A program made the position numbers and the translations under genes. Source: Mustelus asterias (lineage: Eukaryota). Taken from it: a stretch of DNA of 64,000 nucleotides. Shown here in pieces: positions 34,913 to 47,959 of this stretch. The notes below the pieces were generated by a model. It was not told where the DNA came from. It did not search any database and saw nothing but the letters and a program-made list of their open reading frames with translations. The stretch's first letter is position 1. Each line of letters begins with the position of its first letter. Where the stretch lies: NCBI RefSeq assembly GCF_964213995.1, contig NW_027590119.1:2294001-2358000 (forward strand). The letters are read 5' to 3'.

Positions 34913-35509
34913 TTTGCTGAGATGATTTCAATTTAAACCAGGTTTGCAGGCATCATGTTCCATTCACACATCAAAGGAGAGAGAGATGTTTTGGGACAGG
35001 GGTGACGTCCAAGAGTCAAAAACAACAAGCAGACTTGCTTTTGGCTTTATTGATCACAGGACTGTGACCGATAACTTCCCTGGATCCCAGCGCCAGGAAA
35101 GACACTCTGGAAAATATGGGGAGCTGAGAATTGTCCATGAGAATAACCGAAGGTGAGAGAGTGAAACAATCTAGAGTTAGAAATGAGAAAAGGCCCCAAA
35201 ATGAAGCACTCGGTAACAGGACATCAATTAATCTCCTCTTACATTGGAGAAATATGGAACACAGCACAGTGTATTTCCATAAAAACTGATTTAGTGACAT
35301 TCATCTAGAATATTAATCACCCCGACAATGGGGCTGGAGTTTAACAAGCAGAAACACACAAGAGGACACAAACTCACTCCTGCGCATTAACTCACTGATG
35401 TCTCAACAGGTGTTGTGACTGAATAAATCCCTTCCCACAGACAGAGCAGGTGAGAATCCTCTCTCCAACATGAATGCATTGGTGTGTCTGCAACTCACTC
35501 ACTCTTCTC

Positions 35510-35959
35510 TCATTCGTAATGTTTAAAAAGTAATTTTTCAGTGTGAACATGTTGATGCAAACTGAGAGTGTCTAACCGAGTGAATTCCTTCCCACACTTG
35601 GAGCAAGGGAACGGCCTCTCCCCAGTGTGAACTCGCTGGTGTCTCATCAGGGTGGCTGACTGAGTGAATCCCTTCCCACACACACAGCAGATGAACGGCC
35701 TCTCTCCAGTGTGAGTGTGTTGGTGTTGTTTCAAGTGCTTTTTGCTCTTAAAGCTCTTCTCACAGTTGGAACATTTTAAATGTCTCTTATTGGAATGAGA
35801 GCGTTGGTGTGACTGCAGGTGTTGTGACTGAACAAAACCTTTTCCACACACACAGCAGATGAACGGTCTCTCTCCTGTGTGACTGCGACGATGAGTTTCG
35901 AGATGGGAAGGATAATTAAATCTCTTCCCACAGTCCTCACATTTCCACGGTTTCTCCAT
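35510..35959 (-). CDS. Short C2H2 ZNF (5 fingers, class A); decayed fingers continue to ~35385
   Basis: MEKPWKC start; premature end inside the array. Confidence 0.75.
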   Translation of the reverse strand: MEKPWKCEDCGKRFNYPSHLETHRRSHTGERPFICCVCGKGFVQSQHLQSHQRSHSNKRHLKCSNCEKSFKSKKHLKQHQHTHTGERPFICCVCGKGFTQSATLMRHQRVHTGERPFPCSKCGKEFTRLDTLSLHQHVHTEKLLFKHYE

Positions 35960-36345
35960 AGTGCCAGTGTCCTTGTGTCTCTCCAGGTTGGATGATCAGT
36001 TGAAGTCTTGTCCACACACAGAACACATGTACAGTTTCTCCCAGCTGTGAATGGTGTGATGTTTCTTCAGGCTGTGTAACTGGTTTAAGCTTTTTCCACA
36101 GTCAGTTCACTGGAACACTCTCACTCGGGTGTGTGTGTGTGTGTCTCAGTGCTTTTCCAGTCACACTGATGTTTGAAATCTTCTCCTCCAGGCAGAACAG
36201 ACAAACATTTCTCCTTCCACGTTCAAAGTCTCAGGATATTCAGGTCCTAATAAATCGATACTCAGTCTGATTTTATGTGATGTTTCCTCACCTCACCTGT
36301 AAAAAGAGTTAACAAAAATCGTCACGGTCAATCGAGATAGAAATT

Positions 36346-36537
36346 CAGTCCAAAGATGTGCGGGTTAGGTTGATTGGCCATGCTAAAACAAAATTGCCCT
36401 TAGTGTCCTGAGATGCGTAGGTTAGAGGGATTAGTGGGTAAATATGTAGGGATTTGGGGGTAGGGCCTGGGTGGGATTGTGGTCGGTGCAGACTTGATGG
36501 GCCGAATGGCCTCTTTCTGTACTGTAGGGTTTCTATG
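36346..36537 (+). mobile_element. HE1 V-SINE 3' half in a ZNF intron
   Basis: HER1-type tail. Confidence 0.85.
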
Positions 36538-36719
36538 AAATTCTGAACAGACAATTCTAGTTTCTCTGGAACATTTTTTCCTCTCTTGTTCCCCCAAATC
36601 AGTAAATCCCTGTACCACACACTCTCCCTCTTCCCGGGCTGAAATCCAAACCCATCTCACCATTTCTTTCCCCCACTCCCAGTTTTCTCCCTCCCTCTCC
36701 TCTGTCTGGATTCAGTTCT

Positions 36720-36818
36720 GATGTGGAGATGCCGGCGTTGGACTGGGGTAAACACAGTAAGAAGTTTAACAACACCAGGTTAAACAACACCTTTAATCTG
36801 GTGTTGTTAAACTTCTTA
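36720..36818. mobile_element. Short palindromic Penelope-terminus insertion
   Basis: Inverted agtaagaagtttaacaacaccag arms; 14-bp TSD ctggattcagttct. Confidence 0.8.
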
Positions 36819-37029
36819 CTGGATTCAGTTCTCCAGCTCCTGTCTGCAGACTGACAATAAAACCAATGGGTCTTATTGGGGGTGTTGGGGCCTCCAGCGG
36901 GTGTTTGTGAATCCTCCCCGCCCACCTCCCAGGGTTTCCTTCCTTCCCAGAGATCAGAGTCCTCATTGATTTGAGGCCAAAGTGTAACCTCTTATTTATT
37001 GTCCCCCTCCCCCATCCTCTGATGTGAAC

Positions 37030-37825
37030 CATCCTCCAGTGGCTGAGCCAGGATGGGGCCGTTAACCTGGGCCTGTTCCCGGGAGGGAGAAGCCCCGCAG
37101 CTGCAAACCAGGGAGCTGACAATGATTCTGAAGGGTTTGCGGATCCACAAAGTGTTTCCAAATCCTCCCAGCCACCGCCTAACGCTGACTCCGCTTCTCC
37201 GGGACAAACAAGCGCCAAGGACACTGCGCATGCTCCACATCACAATGCCCCAGGGTGTGATTGACGGCCGCTTGGGACCAATAGGAAGGGGCGGGGCTGG
37301 AGGACCCAGCAGGAGCGGCTAGTCCTCCAACCAATCGGAGTGAATGAGGGGCGGGGCTGAGGTGTCCCCATACAACGCACGGGAAGGCGTTCGCATGCGC
37401 AGTAATGTTACAGTCTGGAGCATGCGTTGTAAGCAACGGCGTTTGCAACACGCGCAATGTGGGTGATCGCAATCGGAGAGAAGTTCCTCTGTCTCATCAG
37501 CAGCCGGTAAGGATGCGGAAACATAGAGGGAGTAATGGAACCGGCGGATGGACGTAGAGGGTTTCTAAATACCTGGTGAAGGCCTCAAATCTCGAAAATG
37601 AGCCCGTCGGTCTGTGTTTGCAGCTTCCGGTCTTTTTCCCGAGACGAGGCTCAGGTTAACGGCCGCCATCTTGATTCAGCAGGGAGGAGAGCGCATGCGC
37701 GGTGTCTTGGTGACGCAACAGCGAGTGGGCGGGGCCTCACGTTTCTGCTTCCCCTCCAGGTCCTAGCTCCCGGTCCAATAGCACAATGAGCTATTAATAG
37801 GTTTCTAAACAGCTTCACCCACCCT
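37030..37825. promoter_or_regulatory. Bidirectional CpG-island promoter of a ZNF pair
   Basis: NRF1 sites, GC boxes, CCAAT, YY1 GCCGCCATCTT, dyad at 37298-37329. Confidence 0.75.
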
Positions 37826-37975
37826 CAGGCTGCAGCTGCTGTTTGCAGCCTCGATGAGTCCATGGGCCATGTACATATTCAGTGTGAGAGTTGCAAACCC
37901 TGTATAGTTACCTAAAGCGGTTACACAGCTTTTGGTTACACTTCAGCCCCAGGCTCCTCATGTTTACATAGAAAC

Positions 37976-38095
37976 ATGATGTGGAGATGCCGGCGTTGGA
38001 CTGGGGTGAACACAGTAAGAAGTCTCACAACACCAGGTTAAAGTCCGACAGGTTTATTTTGTATTTGATACCAAGTAAACCTGGTGAGACTTCTT
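37976..38095. mobile_element. Short Penelope-terminus insertion
   Basis: Same end sequence as 34032; TSD ttacatagaaacat. Confidence 0.7.
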
Positions 38096-38290
38096 ACATA
38101 GAAACATACATAGAAAATAGAAGCTGGGAGTCGGCCGTTCGGCCCTTCGAGCATGCTCCGCCATTCATTATTGTCATGGCTGATTATCAAATTCAATACC
38201 CTGATCCCTGTCGCCCCAAGAGATTTATCTCATTGAAATCAGGCTCGACTTCCACTTTTGAAGAACGTGAATCCAAAGATTCATGACCCT

Positions 38291-38628
38291 CATAGATCAT
38301 AGAAACCCTACAGTGCAGAAGGAGGCCATTCGACCCATCGAGTCTGCACCGACCACAATCCCACCCAGGCCCTACCCCCACATATTTACCCGCTAATCCC
38401 TCTAACCTATGCATCCCAGGACTCTAAGGGGCAATTTTTAACCTGGCCAATCAACCTAACCCGCACATCTTTGGACTGTGGGAGGAAACCGGAGCACCCA
38501 GAGGAAACCCACGCAGACACGAGGAGAATGTGCAAACTCCACACAGACAGTGACCCAAGCCGGGAATCGAACCCGGGACCCTGGAGCTGTGAAGCAGCAG
38601 TGCTAACCACTGTGCTACCGTGCCGCCC
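38291..38628 (-). mobile_element. Full-length HE1 V-SINE
   Basis: tRNA head, V-domain, HER1 tail. Confidence 0.92.
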
Positions 38629-38757
38629 ATTAAAATAATTTTTTTTAAAAACCCTCTGAGAGAAAAACATCTCATCTCTGTTTTCAATGGGCAATGCTGT
38701 TTTTTAAAACAGCGACTCCCTAGATTCTCCCCTGAGAGTAAACATCCTCTCCAGATC

Positions 38758-39190
38758 CAAAACAGAAAATGCTGGAAAATCTCAGCAGGTCAGGCAGCAC
38801 CTTTTCTCCCCCTTTGCTTCGCCTTTCCCCCTTTTTCTCAATTTGTCCTCCCTCCAATCCACCCCCCCCCCCCCCCCCCCGCCCCACATCTTCATCCATC
38901 ACAACTTCTTCAGCTTCTCTGCTGTTTGGCCATTCACGCTTTCTATTCTCTCTATAGACTGCCATTAGCATCCTTTCCCCTGGTTCCTGTGGCTTGGACC
39001 CATCTTTCATCCCCTCACAGTTAAACATCTCCCACTTTCTATGCCTTTTTTATGCTTTGACAAAAGGTCATCTGGACTCGAAGCTTCAACTCTTTTCTCT
39101 CCTCACAGATGCTGCCAGATCTGCTGAGATTTTCCAGCATTTTCTCTTTTGGTTTCAGATTCCAGCATCCGCAGTAATTTGCTTTTACCT
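38758..39190 (+). mobile_element. Penelope family 2 element with inverted terminus, inserted in a CR1 (~38650-39545, minus strand)
   Basis: 38758-38800 is inverted against 39110-39152; TSD ctctccagatcc/ctctccatatcc. Confidence 0.65.
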
Positions 39191-40009
39191 TTCTCTCCAT
39201 ATCCACCCTGTCAAGAGTTTTCAGAATCTTGAAGGTTTAAATTAAGTTGCCTCTTACTCTTTTGAAGTCGAGCAGAAGCTAAACTCAAGCAGAGACTGTC
39301 TCACTGCTCCTCATCAGACAATCCACCCATTTCCAGGTATTAGTCTACTAAACCTTCTATGAACTGCTTCTCGTAAAGCAGTTAAGGAATAATATGCACT
39401 CATATTTTTCCTGAAATAAGGAAACCAATAATGTACACACTGCTCCAGATATGTCTAACCAATGCCCTGTGCAACTGAAACATAACTTCCCTGCTTTTAC
39501 TCAATTCCCCTCACAATAAATAATAGTTTTCTGAATTACTTGTACCTGAGACAATATTGCGATTTTCTATCGTGATGGATTTTGGATACTTTTTCTTAAA
39601 CAGGGGGTTAGAAAGGGAGGATTTACACACAACAAGCTCAAACTAAGAGAAAAATGTTGTCTCTTCTGATATGGGCTTTCTGAATGGGATAAGTCGGAGG
39701 ATGTGAATGGAATGTTTCCACTTGTTGGTGTTTCTAATACTGGGAACCATGAACAGACAACAGAGACGAATAAATCAACAGGAGGAGATATTTATTTCTT
39801 CGGACAGTTGTTAGAATATGGAACTCACTGCGACTGGAAGTGGTTGAGACAAATACTTTAGATGCTTTAAAAAGGAAACCAGATGAGAACATGAGAGAAA
39901 AAGGATTAAAAAGTTGAGCTGAAAAGCTGAGTTAAGGTGAGCAGAATGAGAGGAGATTTGTGTGGATTAGAAATTCCAGTACAGATCAGGGCAGGGGTGG
40001 GAGGGTGGT

Positions 40010-40360
40010 GGCGGAGGCAGTGGCACAGTGGAACTATCACTGGACTAGCAACCCAGAGACCCAGGATAATGTTCTGGGGACCTAGGTTCGAATCCCACCA
40101 CAGCAGATGGTGAAATTTAAATTCAATTAAAAGTCTGATGATGACCATGAAACCATTGTTGATTGTCGTAAAAACCCATCTGGTTCACTGATGTCCTTTA
40201 AGGATGGAAATCTGCTGGCCTTAACTGGTCTGGCCTACATGTAACCACAGCAATGTGGTTGACTCTCAAATGCCCTGTGAAATGGAGGGCAGTTGGGGAT
40301 GGGCAATAAATGCTGTCCCAGTCGGTGACGCCCACACCCCGTTAAAAATGAATTTAAAAA
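40010..40360 (+). mobile_element. LF-SINE-like SINE
   Basis: GGTTCGAATCC B-box and LF core. Confidence 0.82.
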
Positions 40361-40398
40361 ATAGACTGGCCTGTTTGTGTATTGTGTATCTCATGTAT

Positions 40399-40690
40399 TC
40401 ATAGAATCCCTACAGTGCAGAAGGAGGCCTTTCAGACCACCCCACCCAGGCTATTCCCGTAACCCCACATATTTACCCCGCTAATCTCCCGAACCTATAC
40501 ATCTTGGGACAGAAAGGGGCAACCACCTAACCTGAACATCTTTGGAGAGTGGGAGGGAACTGGAGCACCCGGAGGAAACCCACACAGACACAAGGAGAAT
40601 GCGCAAACTCCATACAGACAGGTAACCAAGGCTACAATCGAACCCATGTCCCTGGTGCTGAGAGGCAGGAGTACTAACCACTGTGCCATC
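40399..40690 (-). mobile_element. HE1 V-SINE
   Basis: Head, V-domain and tail. Confidence 0.85.
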
Positions 40691-40837
40691 CATGTAATTC
40701 TTTGTAAACTTATTTTACAGGAAATTGAAGAGAAGGATCTGCAGTCTGGATGATCGAATCTCACGTCAGACAGAGTCAATCGGTTCATCGGGATCTGAAA
40801 ATTTGTGCATCTGAAGGGATTTAATTGACCATCTCAG

Positions 40838-42781
40838 TTGGAAACTGGTGAGAATCTGTTTCCTTGCCCCTCCTGTGGGAAGGGATTGATACAGCTGGAA
40901 AACATGCTGACACGACAGCGAGCTCGCAATAGTGAGAGTTCATTCACCTGCTCCGTGTGTGGGAAGAAATTCATGTGTTCGTCCAACCTGCTGGCTCACC
41001 AACTCGATCACATTATTCAGAAGCCTCTTCAAAGCTCTGACTCTGGGGAAAGCATTGAAACCTCTGAGGAACAGGCCCAACACCAGCTCCTTCACACTGA
41101 CGAGAGACCGTTCAGCTGCTCCCACTGCGGGAAGAGGTTCAGCCAGTCCTCCCGCCTTGCAGAGCACCAGCTCCTTCACACACACGCCAGACCGTTCAGC
41201 TGCTCCCACTGTGGGGAGTCGTTCAGCAACTCAGTGCATCTCACTGAGCATCAACCAGTTCATACCAAGGACAGGCCATTCAGCTGCTCCCAGTGTGGGA
41301 AGAGATTCACTCAGTCCTCCCACTGCACCGTTCACCAACTGGTTCATTCTCAGAAGAGACATTTTAAATGCTTTAAATGTGAGAAGACCTTCAAAAGAAG
41401 GATTAGTCTGCTGAGACACCAGGACACTCACACCGGGGAGAGGCCGTACCCCTGTTCTGTTTGTGGGAAGAGATTCGCTCATTCATCTCATCTTCTGACA
41501 CACAAGCGAGTTCACACTGGGGAGAGGCCTTTCCTCTGCTCCCTGTGTGGGAAGAGATTCACTCGATTTTCACACCTTTTGACACACAAGAGTGTTCACA
41601 CTGGAGGGAAACCATTCACCTCCTCAATGTGTAGAAAGGAAGAAGTTCAATCAACTGACCAGCTGACACACCAGCGAGTTCACACTGGGGAGAAGCTGTT
41701 CACCTGCTCGGTGTGTGGGAAGGAATTCACTCGGTCTTACTATCTTCTGAGGCACCGGCGAGTTCACACTGGGGAGAGGCCATTCCTCTGCTCCGTGTGT
41801 GGGAAGATGTTTCCTCATTCATCCCAGCTTGTGATACACGAGCGTGTTCACACAGGGGAGAGGCCTTACGTTTGCCCTGTGTGTGGGAAAGCATTTGCTT
41901 CTTTACAACACCTGCTGAAACATCGGCCTGTTCACACAGGGGAGAAGCCATTCTCTTGCTCCATTTGTGGCAAGAGATTCACTCAGTCGTCTGACCTGCT
42001 GAGACACCAATACATTCACACAGGGGAGAGGCCGTTCACCTGCTCTGTGTGTGGGAAGGGATTCATTGGTTCATCCTGCCTGCAGACACACCAGCGAGTT
42101 CACACCGGGGAGAAGCCGTTCACCTGCTCTGTGTGTGGGAAGGGATACACTCAGGTATCCAGCCTGCAGAGACACCAGCGAGTTCACACTGCGACAGAAC
42201 CGTTCACCTGCTCCCTGTGTGGGAAGGGATTCACTGATCCATCCCACCTGCAGAGACACCAGCGAGTTCACACTGGAGAGAGGCCGTTCCTGTGCTCTGT
42301 GTGTGGGAAGGGATTCGCTCAGTCGTCTAGCCTGCTGAGACACCAACGCATTCACACCGGGGAGAAGCCGTTCATCTGCTCTGTGTGTGGGAAGGGATAC
42401 ACTCAGGTATCCAGCCTGCAGAGACACCAGCGAGTTCACACTGCGACAGAACCGTTCACCTGCTCCCTGTGTGGGAAGGGATTCACTGATCCATCCCGCC
42501 TGCAGAGACACCAGCGAGTTCACACTGGGGCAAAACCTTTCAACTGCTCCATGTGTGGGAAGGGATTCACTGATCCATCCCGCCTGCAGAGACACCAGCG
42601 AGCTCACACTGGGACAGAACCGTTCACCTGCTCCCTGTGTGGGAAGGGATTCACTGATCCATCCCGCCTGCAGAGACACCAGCGAGTTCACACTGGGGCA
42701 AAACCTTTCAACTGCTCCATGTGTGGGAAGGGATTTAATCAGTATTACAGCCTGCTGAAACATAGACGACTTCATGTGTGA
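40838..42781 (+). CDS. Long C2H2 zinc-finger protein (23 repeats, about 20 intact; first ATG at 40904)
   Basis: 647-codon open array; splice acceptor at ~40720. Confidence 0.9.
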   Translation: METGENLFPCPSCGKGLIQLENMLTRQRARNSESSFTCSVCGKKFMCSSNLLAHQLDHIIQKPLQSSDSGESIETSEEQAQHQLLHTDERPFSCSHCGKRFSQSSRLAEHQLLHTHARPFSCSHCGESFSNSVHLTEHQPVHTKDRPFSCSQCGKRFTQSSHCTVHQLVHSQKRHFKCFKCEKTFKRRISLLRHQDTHTGERPYPCSVCGKRFAHSSHLLTHKRVHTGERPFLCSLCGKRFTRFSHLLTHKSVHTGGKPFTSSMCRKEEVQSTDQLTHQRVHTGEKLFTCSVCGKEFTRSYYLLRHRRVHTGERPFLCSVCGKMFPHSSQLVIHERVHTGERPYVCPVCGKAFASLQHLLKHRPVHTGEKPFSCSICGKRFTQSSDLLRHQYIHTGERPFTCSVCGKGFIGSSCLQTHQRVHTGEKPFTCSVCGKGYTQVSSLQRHQRVHTATEPFTCSLCGKGFTDPSHLQRHQRVHTGERPFLCSVCGKGFAQSSSLLRHQRIHTGEKPFICSVCGKGYTQVSSLQRHQRVHTATEPFTCSLCGKGFTDPSRLQRHQRVHTGAKPFNCSMCGKGFTDPSRLQRHQRAHTGTEPFTCSLCGKGFTDPSRLQRHQRVHTGAKPFNCSMCGKGFNQYYSLLKHRRLHV

Positions 42782-42842
42782 CCGGCAAAGTTGGATTCTG
42801 TTGTTTCTGCGCCCTGAGATAAACAATAACAATTGGATGAAT

Positions 42843-43198
42843 AGGGGAGGCAGTGGCACAGTGGAATTATCACTGGACTCAGGGTAAGGCTCTGGGGACC
42901 CAGGTTCGAATCCCACCACAGGCAATGGTGAAATTTGAATTCAATTAAAATCTCGAATTAAAAGTCTAATGACAAACCTTAACCATTGTTGATCGTCGTC
43001 AAAACCACTCTGGTTCAGTAATGTCCTTTAAGAAAGGAAACCTGCTGTCCTTACCTGGTCTGACCTACATGTGACTCCAGACCCACAGCAATGTGGTTGA
43101 CTCTCAAATGCCTTCTGAAATGGAGGCAGTTAGAGATGTGCAAGAAATGCTGGCCCAGCCAGTGACGCCTATATCCAGTAAAAATGAATTTTAAAAAG
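42843..43198 (+). mobile_element. LF-SINE-like SINE in the 3' UTR
   Basis: Homologous to 40010-40360. Confidence 0.85.
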
Positions 43199-43319
43199 TT
43201 CCTCAGTATCTCAGTAACCTCCTCCAGCCCCACAACACTCTGTGTAAATACAAGTTGTTGCTGATTATGCCCTGAGATAGAAAATGTGAACCCGATTCCC
43301 CTCGTCCACCAACACAGCA

Positions 43320-44120
43320 ACTTCTTCACAAAAATTGAAGCACATGGGATTGGGGCGAATGTATTGAGATTGAAAACTTGTTGGCAGACAGGAAATAGAG
43401 TAAGATTAAACAGGTCTTTTTCCAACTGGCAGGCAGTGATTATTGGGGTAATGCAGGATCAGTGCTGAGACCCCAGCTAGTCACCTGCCATGGGTCTTCT
43501 GTTTTTCTTTCCCTGTTTACAATGCATCATTTTTAAATTGTTGCTTCTTAATATTCTGATTTAAAACCATGGATAAGCTCAAACCACTTTTGGATAACCT
43601 GTGACTCCCTGATCAAGAATCTTACCGACCACTGCATGCCATTCTGGTCACCGTATTATAAAAAAGATATCTCTGCACTGGAGAAGGGTACAGAGATGAT
43701 TTTTAATGATGATACCAGAAATGTAGAAAACAGCTCACCACCACCTTCTCAAGGTCAATCTGAGGTTAGCAATAAATGCTGGCCAAGCCAGCGATGTCCA
43801 CATCCCATAAATGATTTTTAAACTGTGTGTTTGGTTCTCTATCAGGAAAGGATTGACATGCTCACGCTTTCTTGAAAAATTAAGGCTGAGGGGGAACCTA
43901 ATAGAGGGCTTCAAAATTATAAAAGGTTTTGAAATAATGTTTCTTCTTTTGGAGAAAGGCAAAACTGGAGACCATCAATACAAGACAGTCGCCAAGAAAC
44001 CCAATAGGAAATCCAAGATAAATTTCTCCACCCAAAGAGTGGTGAGAATATGGAAATCATGACCACAGGGAGTGAAATGAACAGTATCGATGTCTTTCAG
44101 GGGAAGCTCAACAAGTATTT
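43320..44120 (+). mobile_element. Fragmented CR1 LINE pieces
   Basis: KIEAHGIG, FWSPYYKKDI and LRGNLIEGFKIIKG motifs. Confidence 0.7.
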
Positions 44121-44744
44121 GTGTGTGATTTTATAATTCATTCAGGATTTATTTCAAAAAAACTAAGAATAAAGTAACAGGAGATATTTTGAGGCATCTG
44201 AGAGTCTGTGTGTGTGTGAGGGTGTCTGTGAGTGTGTGTGTAAGGGTGTCTGTGAGTGTGTGTGTTACTTCTCATTGGTTTCACACCAACCTTCCTCTTT
44301 CTGAGCAGACATTCTGGCCCCTGATAAACCCATTGAGTGATTTGAATGGTACAATTCAGAGATTCTTCATCCAGGGTGAAACCACAGGCTGACTGTGTGC
44401 TGTGTAAAACCTGACATCTACACAACCTAATCCCACTTCTCCTGGAACAACGTGAAGTGACTACAATTTTCCAGATTCATTTCTTTGCTCTCAATATTCT
44501 TTCAGATAGTTCATAAATTCCATGAGTACGTTATCCTTTAACACACCTGTGGTGTCCAGTTTAAATACTTTCCTCAGTCTGACCAACATATAGCAATGGG
44601 ATTGTTGCTATTACAGGAATCCATTCTGTAAATCTGATTCCAAGGCACTCTGGAGTAATGCAGTGATCCAGACCTTCTCACTCAACACCAATCTATAGTT
44701 CCATCTGAGTTCCAGATTTTAACATGATTTTTCAAAACACAGGC

Positions 44745-45140
44745 AGCAGGGTGGCACAGTGATCAGCAGCGCCAGGGACCTGAGTTCAATCCTGGGCTCA
44801 GGTAGTACGAGTAAGCTTACATTAACACTGCAATGAAGTTACTATGAAAATCCCCTAGTCGCCACACTCGACGCCTGTTTGGGTGTACTGAAGGAGAATT
44901 TAGCACGGCCAATGCACCGAACCAGCATGTCTTTCAGACTGTGGGAGGAAACCTGAGCACCCGGAGGAAACCCATGCAGATACGGAGAGAACGTGCAAAC
45001 TCCACACAGTCACCCAAGACTGGAATTGAACCGGATCCCTGGCACTCTGAGGTAGCAGTGCTAACCACCGTGCCACAGCTCTCTGTGTGGAGTTTGCACG
45101 TTCTCCCTGTGTCTGCATAGGTTTGCTCAGAGTGCTCCAC
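44745..45140 (-). mobile_element. V-SINE cluster (main copy 44813-45077, minus strand, alternative tail)
   Basis: HE1 head and V-domain pieces on both strands. Confidence 0.75.
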
Positions 45141-45149
45141 TTTTTGGAA

Positions 45150-45457
45150 GGAGTAATTTGACAAGGAAAAATTCAATGAACGGCATGACACTAGTAAGCT
45201 CTGTGGAACAAAGGGACCTGGGTGTGATTGTCTATAGATCTCTGAGGACAGAAGTGTATGTTAGTAGGCTGGTGAAAAAGGCATGTAGGACACTTGCCTT
45301 TATCAATTGAGGTATAGATTACAAAAGCAAGGAAGTCATGTTGGAGTTGCATAGAACTGTGGTGAGGTCACTGCTGGAATACTGTGTGCAGTTCTGGTCG
45401 CCACATTATAAGAAGGATGTGATTGCATTGGAGGGGGTGCAGAGGAGATTTACCAGT
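45150..45457 (+). mobile_element. CR1 fragment
   Basis: LEYCVQFWSPHYKKDV motif. Confidence 0.8.
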
Positions 45458-45982
45458 GAAGGTGAGTTACAGATGAGAGGGACAGTGTCAAAAGAGAGAA
45501 CCATTGACAATATTAGATAATGTGGGGAAGTTGGGTTATCAGTGGTTTAGAGGGTAAAGGGAGATGAAGGGAGGTCTCATGGACAAGATGAGCAGTGAGA
45601 GGGTTTGATGGGAGATAGCAGAAGAATTGGAGAAAGATGTGAGTTCAGTACTTGGAAAAAGGGAAATTTCAGAGAGAGTTTTGTCTGGTGGTCCAGTGGA
45701 AGGGAGGGAGGCAGCTGATCAGATTGTCTCAATCTTAGAGACAAAGAAGCTCCACGAGCTCCTCACACTTGTTGTTGAAGATGAGGATGGAGGAGACGGG
45801 AGAGAGGCCCTTCAAAAGGAGAACCATTCACACATTTTTAAAAAGACAACAGAGAATACATTAACACAAAGACGGTGTATTTGAATTTTGTCCAGAATAT
45901 TCGCCTCTATAACTGGCCTGAAGTTTATTAACATCAGCAGGTGCAGACCACAGTGTGATTGACAACAACATCCAATCTCCAG

Positions 45983-46852
45983 TTATTTATGAACTTGCTG
46001 GTGTCTCAGCAATGCGGATGACTGAGTGAATCTCTTCCCACACTTGGAGCAGGTGAATGGTCTCTCCCCGGTGTGAACCCGCTGATGGACAGTGAGATGA
46101 GATGTTCGCCTGAACCCAGTCCCACAGTGAGAGCATCTGAATGGTTTCTCGTCAGTGTGAACTTGTTGATGGGACACCAGTTCCTGCGAGGTTTTAAAAC
46201 ATTTCTCACACTTCAGACACTTAAACGGTCTCTCATCAGTGTGGCCTCTTTGGTGTGTAATTAGGATGGATGAATTAACAAATCCCTTCCCACACTGGGA
46301 GCAGGTGAATGGTCTCTGCCTCGTGTGAACTTGCTTGTGTGTCAGCAGGGTGGATTTGTGAGTGAATCCCTTTCCACACTCAGAGCAGGTGAATCGCTTC
46401 TCCCCGGTGTGAACTCGCTGGTGTGTCAGCAGCGTGGATGACTGAGTGAATCCCATCCCACACACAGAGCAGGTGAATGGTCTCTCCCCAGTGTGAATTA
46501 GTTTGTGTTTAATCAGGGTGGATGACTGAGTGAATCCCTTCCCACACAAAGAGCAGGTGAATGGCCTCTGCCCAGTGTGTGTGCGCTGGTGATTCTGCAG
46601 GGTGGATAACTTAGTGAATCCCTTCCCGCAGTCCGAGCAGGTGAACGGCCTCTCCCCGGTGTGACCACGCCGATGGGTTTCCAGCTGGGATGGGTAATTG
46701 AATCCCTTCCCACAGACCCCACATTTCCACGGCTTCTCCTCATCATGACTGCATTTATGTTTGAACAGGCCAGATGATTGGTTGAAGTCTTGTCCACAAA
46801 CGGAACACGAGTCAGGTTTCTCCCCACTGTGAACGGTGCTTTTTCCTTCCAT
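45983..46852 (-). CDS. C2H2 zinc-finger protein (10 fingers, class [14 protein letters not shown] start)
   Basis: Intact array. Confidence 0.9.
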   Translation of the reverse strand: MEGKSTVHSGEKPDSCSVCGQDFNQSSGLFKHKCSHDEEKPWKCGVCGKGFNYPSQLETHRRGHTGERPFTCSDCGKGFTKLSTLQNHQRTHTGQRPFTCSLCGKGFTQSSTLIKHKLIHTGERPFTCSVCGMGFTQSSTLLTHQRVHTGEKRFTCSECGKGFTHKSTLLTHKQVHTRQRPFTCSQCGKGFVNSSILITHQRGHTDERPFKCLKCEKCFKTSQELVSHQQVHTDEKPFRCSHCGTGFRRTSHLTVHQRVHTGERPFTCSKCGKRFTQSSALLRHQQVHK

Positions 46853-47643
46853 GTTCAAAATCCGATGATATTCCGGTCACAAAGAATTAGGCGACTCTGT
46901 GAGATCCTGATGTGGAGTTTGGCTTCAGTTTCCCAACTGCAAATCCTAATCTTCTAAGACACGATGAAATTGATTTAAAACAGAAAAAAAGGGAGTGAGA
47001 GAGAACACGCAAAAACAGGCTGTGAAATTGAGCTGAATGAATGGGGTCATTTGTGGGGCCGGCATTAAGAAAAAGTGGCCATGAAAGCTGCTGGATTGTC
47101 ATAAAAACCCAACTGATTCACTCATGTGCTTCAGGGAAGGAAACCTGCCACCTGGTCTGGACTGACACATGAACCAATATCTATCGAAGGGGTGAGAGAG
47201 AGGTGGAAGAAGCAGAGGGTGAAGGAGAGGGTTTCTCTACATCTACATCCTGACCAGAACTCTGACAGAATCTCCTAATCTCTCAACCTCCACCATTTAG
47301 CTGGACCAGGGTAGTACGTGCATGTGAAGATCATTACCTCCTAGTTCCCCTCCAACTCATACAACATCCTGACTTGTCTGACATCAATTACTGCATGAGC
47401 AGAAGTTTCCAGCATTTAAATATCAGGAAGACTGGAATCATTGTCTTCAGTCCCCACTACAAACTTCACCACCCTCACAACTGACTCCGCCCTCTCCATG
47501 TTAAATATCTGAAGCTGAACTAATTTGTTCACAACCATGGTGTCTTACTTGAGAAGAGTTTTAGACCACATATCCACATCATCACCAAAATCATCTGTTT
47601 CCACCTCAGTAACATCCCCCAACTCTGTCTTAGCCTCAGTTAA

Positions 47644-47955
47644 TCATAGAATCTCTACGGTGCAGAAGGAGGCCATTCGGCCCATAAAGTCCACACCGAC
47701 AACAATCCCACCTCAGCCCTATCCCCATCGCCCCATGTATTTACCCTGCTAAACCCTGACACTAAGGGGCAACTTAGCATAGCCAATCAACCTAATCCAC
47801 ACATCTCTGGAGTATGGGAGGAAACTGGAGCACCTGGAGGAAACCCACGCAGACACAGGAAGAATGTGAAAACTCCACACAGACAGTGACCCAAGCTGGG
47901 AATCGAACCTGGGTCCCTGGCACTGTGAGGCAGCAGTGCTAACCACTGTGCCATC
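47644..47955 (-). mobile_element. HE1 V-SINE
   Basis: Head, V-domain and tail. Confidence 0.88.
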
Positions 47956-47959
47956 ATGT

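Noticed and set aside
38862-38886. Long poly-C and poly-G tracts (also ~52616-52635 and ~62500-62516) as G-quadruplex elements
   Set aside because: Homopolymers in or near TEs with unreliable length; no paralogous conservation
42071-42925. 284-aa antisense ORF and other shifted-frame ORFs over finger arrays
   Set aside because: By-products of the 84-bp finger periodicity; this one starts inside a SINE
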